Positions 61,940 to 64,000 of a stretch of DNA of 64,000 nt are shown in pieces. The notes beneath the pieces are model-generated. The model searched no databases, was not told the origin of the DNA, and saw only the letters and a list, made by a program, of their open reading frames with translations. The number at the start of each line of letters is the position of its first letter. Position 1 is the stretch's first letter. This DNA is from Octopus bimaculoides (taxonomy: Eukaryota), in NCBI RefSeq assembly GCF_001194135.2, contig NC_068993.1:17783785-17847784 (forward strand), written 5' to 3'. The translations under genes and the position numbers were made by a program.

Positions 61940-62120
61940 ATACATTTTGGGCATCTTCACTGAATGTCAGATACTGGTCAGCCTTGTTAGAAGGAATTTG
62001 TTGTCAATGTTGCTGTGTGATCTGATCAAACCAGCTAATCCCATAGATGTAGACAATCGAGTGTTTGGTGAGGTAATCCTTGAGTCTTCTTTGCTGGCTT
62101 TCAGAGAGTTTTGTACGTGT
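61940..62120 (-). mobile_element. Possible ancient RTE-like RT relic
   Basis: The peptide IYGISWFDQITQ resembles the RTE motif ILGISWQD.ITN; there is no other support. Confidence 0.3.
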
Positions 62121-62513
62121 CTATTATACAGTGTAACACTCTAAACTTTATGTAGTTTGTGAGTTTGATCAACAGTTATAAACTATGAAGTAATTTATTC
62201 AGACTTTACTGAGTAAAAGTTAAATGAAATACTTTTATTATTTATTTGTTTTTGTTTCATGTTAATATATGTGTATGTGTGCGTGTGTATATATATATAC
62301 ATACACAAATGAATATGTATATGTCTGTGGATATAATATATATGTATGTAAATAAATATATATACATGTGCATATTCATATATGTGTATATGTATGTATA
62401 TATGCGTGTGTGTGTGTGTATTTGTACGTGTATGTATATATATATTGATACATACATATATGCATGTATGTGTTCAGCTCTCCTTATTTTCAATTCCATA
62501 TGCCCTACTATTT

Positions 62514-62545
<32 letters not shown>

Positions 62546-62660
62546 ATTTCTTTTTATCTTCTGAGTATTCTTATAATTACAACTTTTGTTTACTGATATT
62601 CTTGCAAGACAGCTGTGTGATGGGCTCATCTATTTCTTACTTTATAGTATTAAAATATTT

Positions 62661-62691
<31 letters not shown>

Positions 62692-63478
62692 GTTGTTGTT
62701 TGTTTTTTTAATTCAAAGTAAACAAATAGAAACAAACAAAGAATTAAAACGAGAGCTAACTCAAATAAGAAAAATATTATAACACAAATGGTGAGGAAAC
62801 TCCTTAAACAGCTTCGAAAATCAAAGTATCCATTCTCAACCCCAAATTTTCAAATTTTATGCAAACCAAAAGAAATTTCAAAAATATATAAATAAAATTT
62901 TTTTTAAAAACTGACTAATTGTAGAAGTCAGTTGAAGTAATTGATGTGGAAAAGAACAATAAACAAAACAAAAGCAAAAAAACAGATCTGAATATAAGCA
63001 TGTCTTTTTTTTTTTTTTTTGTATATGTGTCTGTTGCTGTTTTAATTATTTTCATTTATAAGTGCACCAACCCATCAGACTTATTTATTTTCTGTGTTAT
63101 TTATTTCATTGGACATCTTTTTAAAAAAAAAATAACTTATAAAAGATTAAGATCTAAGGCAGGGATTTTTTTTAAATCAGAAATAACTTATGTATATAAC
63201 CTATATTTCATGTGCACATCTATGTATACGTATATTATTTACATTTACAAAGATGTAAATATCATTTGATAACCATTAATCATTTATAGATGGTTTATAA
63301 CCATCTATACCCATATATATATATATGTATATATATAATGTGTGTGTATGTTTGTATATGTATGTTTATAATGTGTGTGTATATATAATGTATAAGTTAA
63401 TATATATTTTATATATATTCTCACACACAATAAAGATATATATATAACTATACACACACATATATAGTATATATATTA

Positions 63479-63510
<32 letters not shown>

Positions 63511-64000
63511 CCTACATACACTCATATACATAAATATATATATATATATATATGCACATATAAAAATATATATGTATATATTTACACTCATATGCATATA
63601 CATAAAAATATATATACATATATGTATATACACACATAAATATATATATATATATATATCTTTATACACTCACATATATATATGCACACTCACATACATA
63701 CATTTATACACACACACACACACATGCACATGTGTCTGTGTGTACAAACATTTTTATTAATTATAAATATACATTCTGTACTTCTCAATTTTCCATTGCA
63801 AATATCTTTTAATGTGTTCCCTTGCACATGTGTTTATATACATGTGCATGTATGTGTGTGTGTGTGTCAGTGTATGCATGTGTGCTGATTCCTCCACTCA
63901 CTTTTGTTTAGTTTTTTTCTTTTCTTTTCCCCTTTTTTTTAAAAAAAATTTTTGACTGTAAAATGTCCTAAACGTGTCCTGTATCAAAGCCCCCCCCCCC

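Noticed and set aside
40170-64000. A second protein-coding gene
   Set aside because: No phase-compatible exon chain or recognisable host domain was found. Small exons of a large-intron gene cannot be excluded without RNA data.
1-64000. Telomeric (TTAGGG)n arrays as local HMBOX1 targets
   Set aside because: No tandem TTAGGG or CCCTAA arrays were seen.

Overview
AT-rich, microsatellite- and SINE-dense eukaryotic genomic DNA with several N gaps. The repeat landscape suggests a coleoid cephalopod, probably Octopus; that assignment is an inference. One protein-coding gene is supported: an HMBOX1-type (HNF-class) homeobox gene on the + strand. Its six phase-compatible GT-AG coding exons are 2879-3627, 24089-24174, 29074-29208, 30966-31163, 37850-37945 and 38963-39267 (stop), giving 514 aa from ATG 2903; the promoter and first exon lie upstream of the window. 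The remainder is mobile DNA: at least three tRNA-derived SINE families, piggyBac-type, Tc1/mariner-type, Tc2-like and hAT MITEs, a decayed DD41D transposon, a mariner whose 3' end is replaced by an inverted copy of its 5' end, and relics of Dong/R4, CR1, RTE and Penelope-like elements. Four observations stand out. (1) A complete type-I hammerhead ribozyme fold with an intact catalytic core lies on the minus strand at 45858-45949, with two further minimal or degenerate hammerheads at 35125-35160 and 52482-52518. (2) Long inverted repeats sit within 100-300 nt of three consecutive HMBOX1 exons; in one of them every mismatch is a G-U pair on the sense strand. (3) (TAA/ATT)n SINE tails act as landing pads for further SINEs and for Dong-like LINEs. 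(4) The homeodomain recognition helix differs from human HMBOX1. Family names and human reference sequences are recalled from memory; no database search was run.
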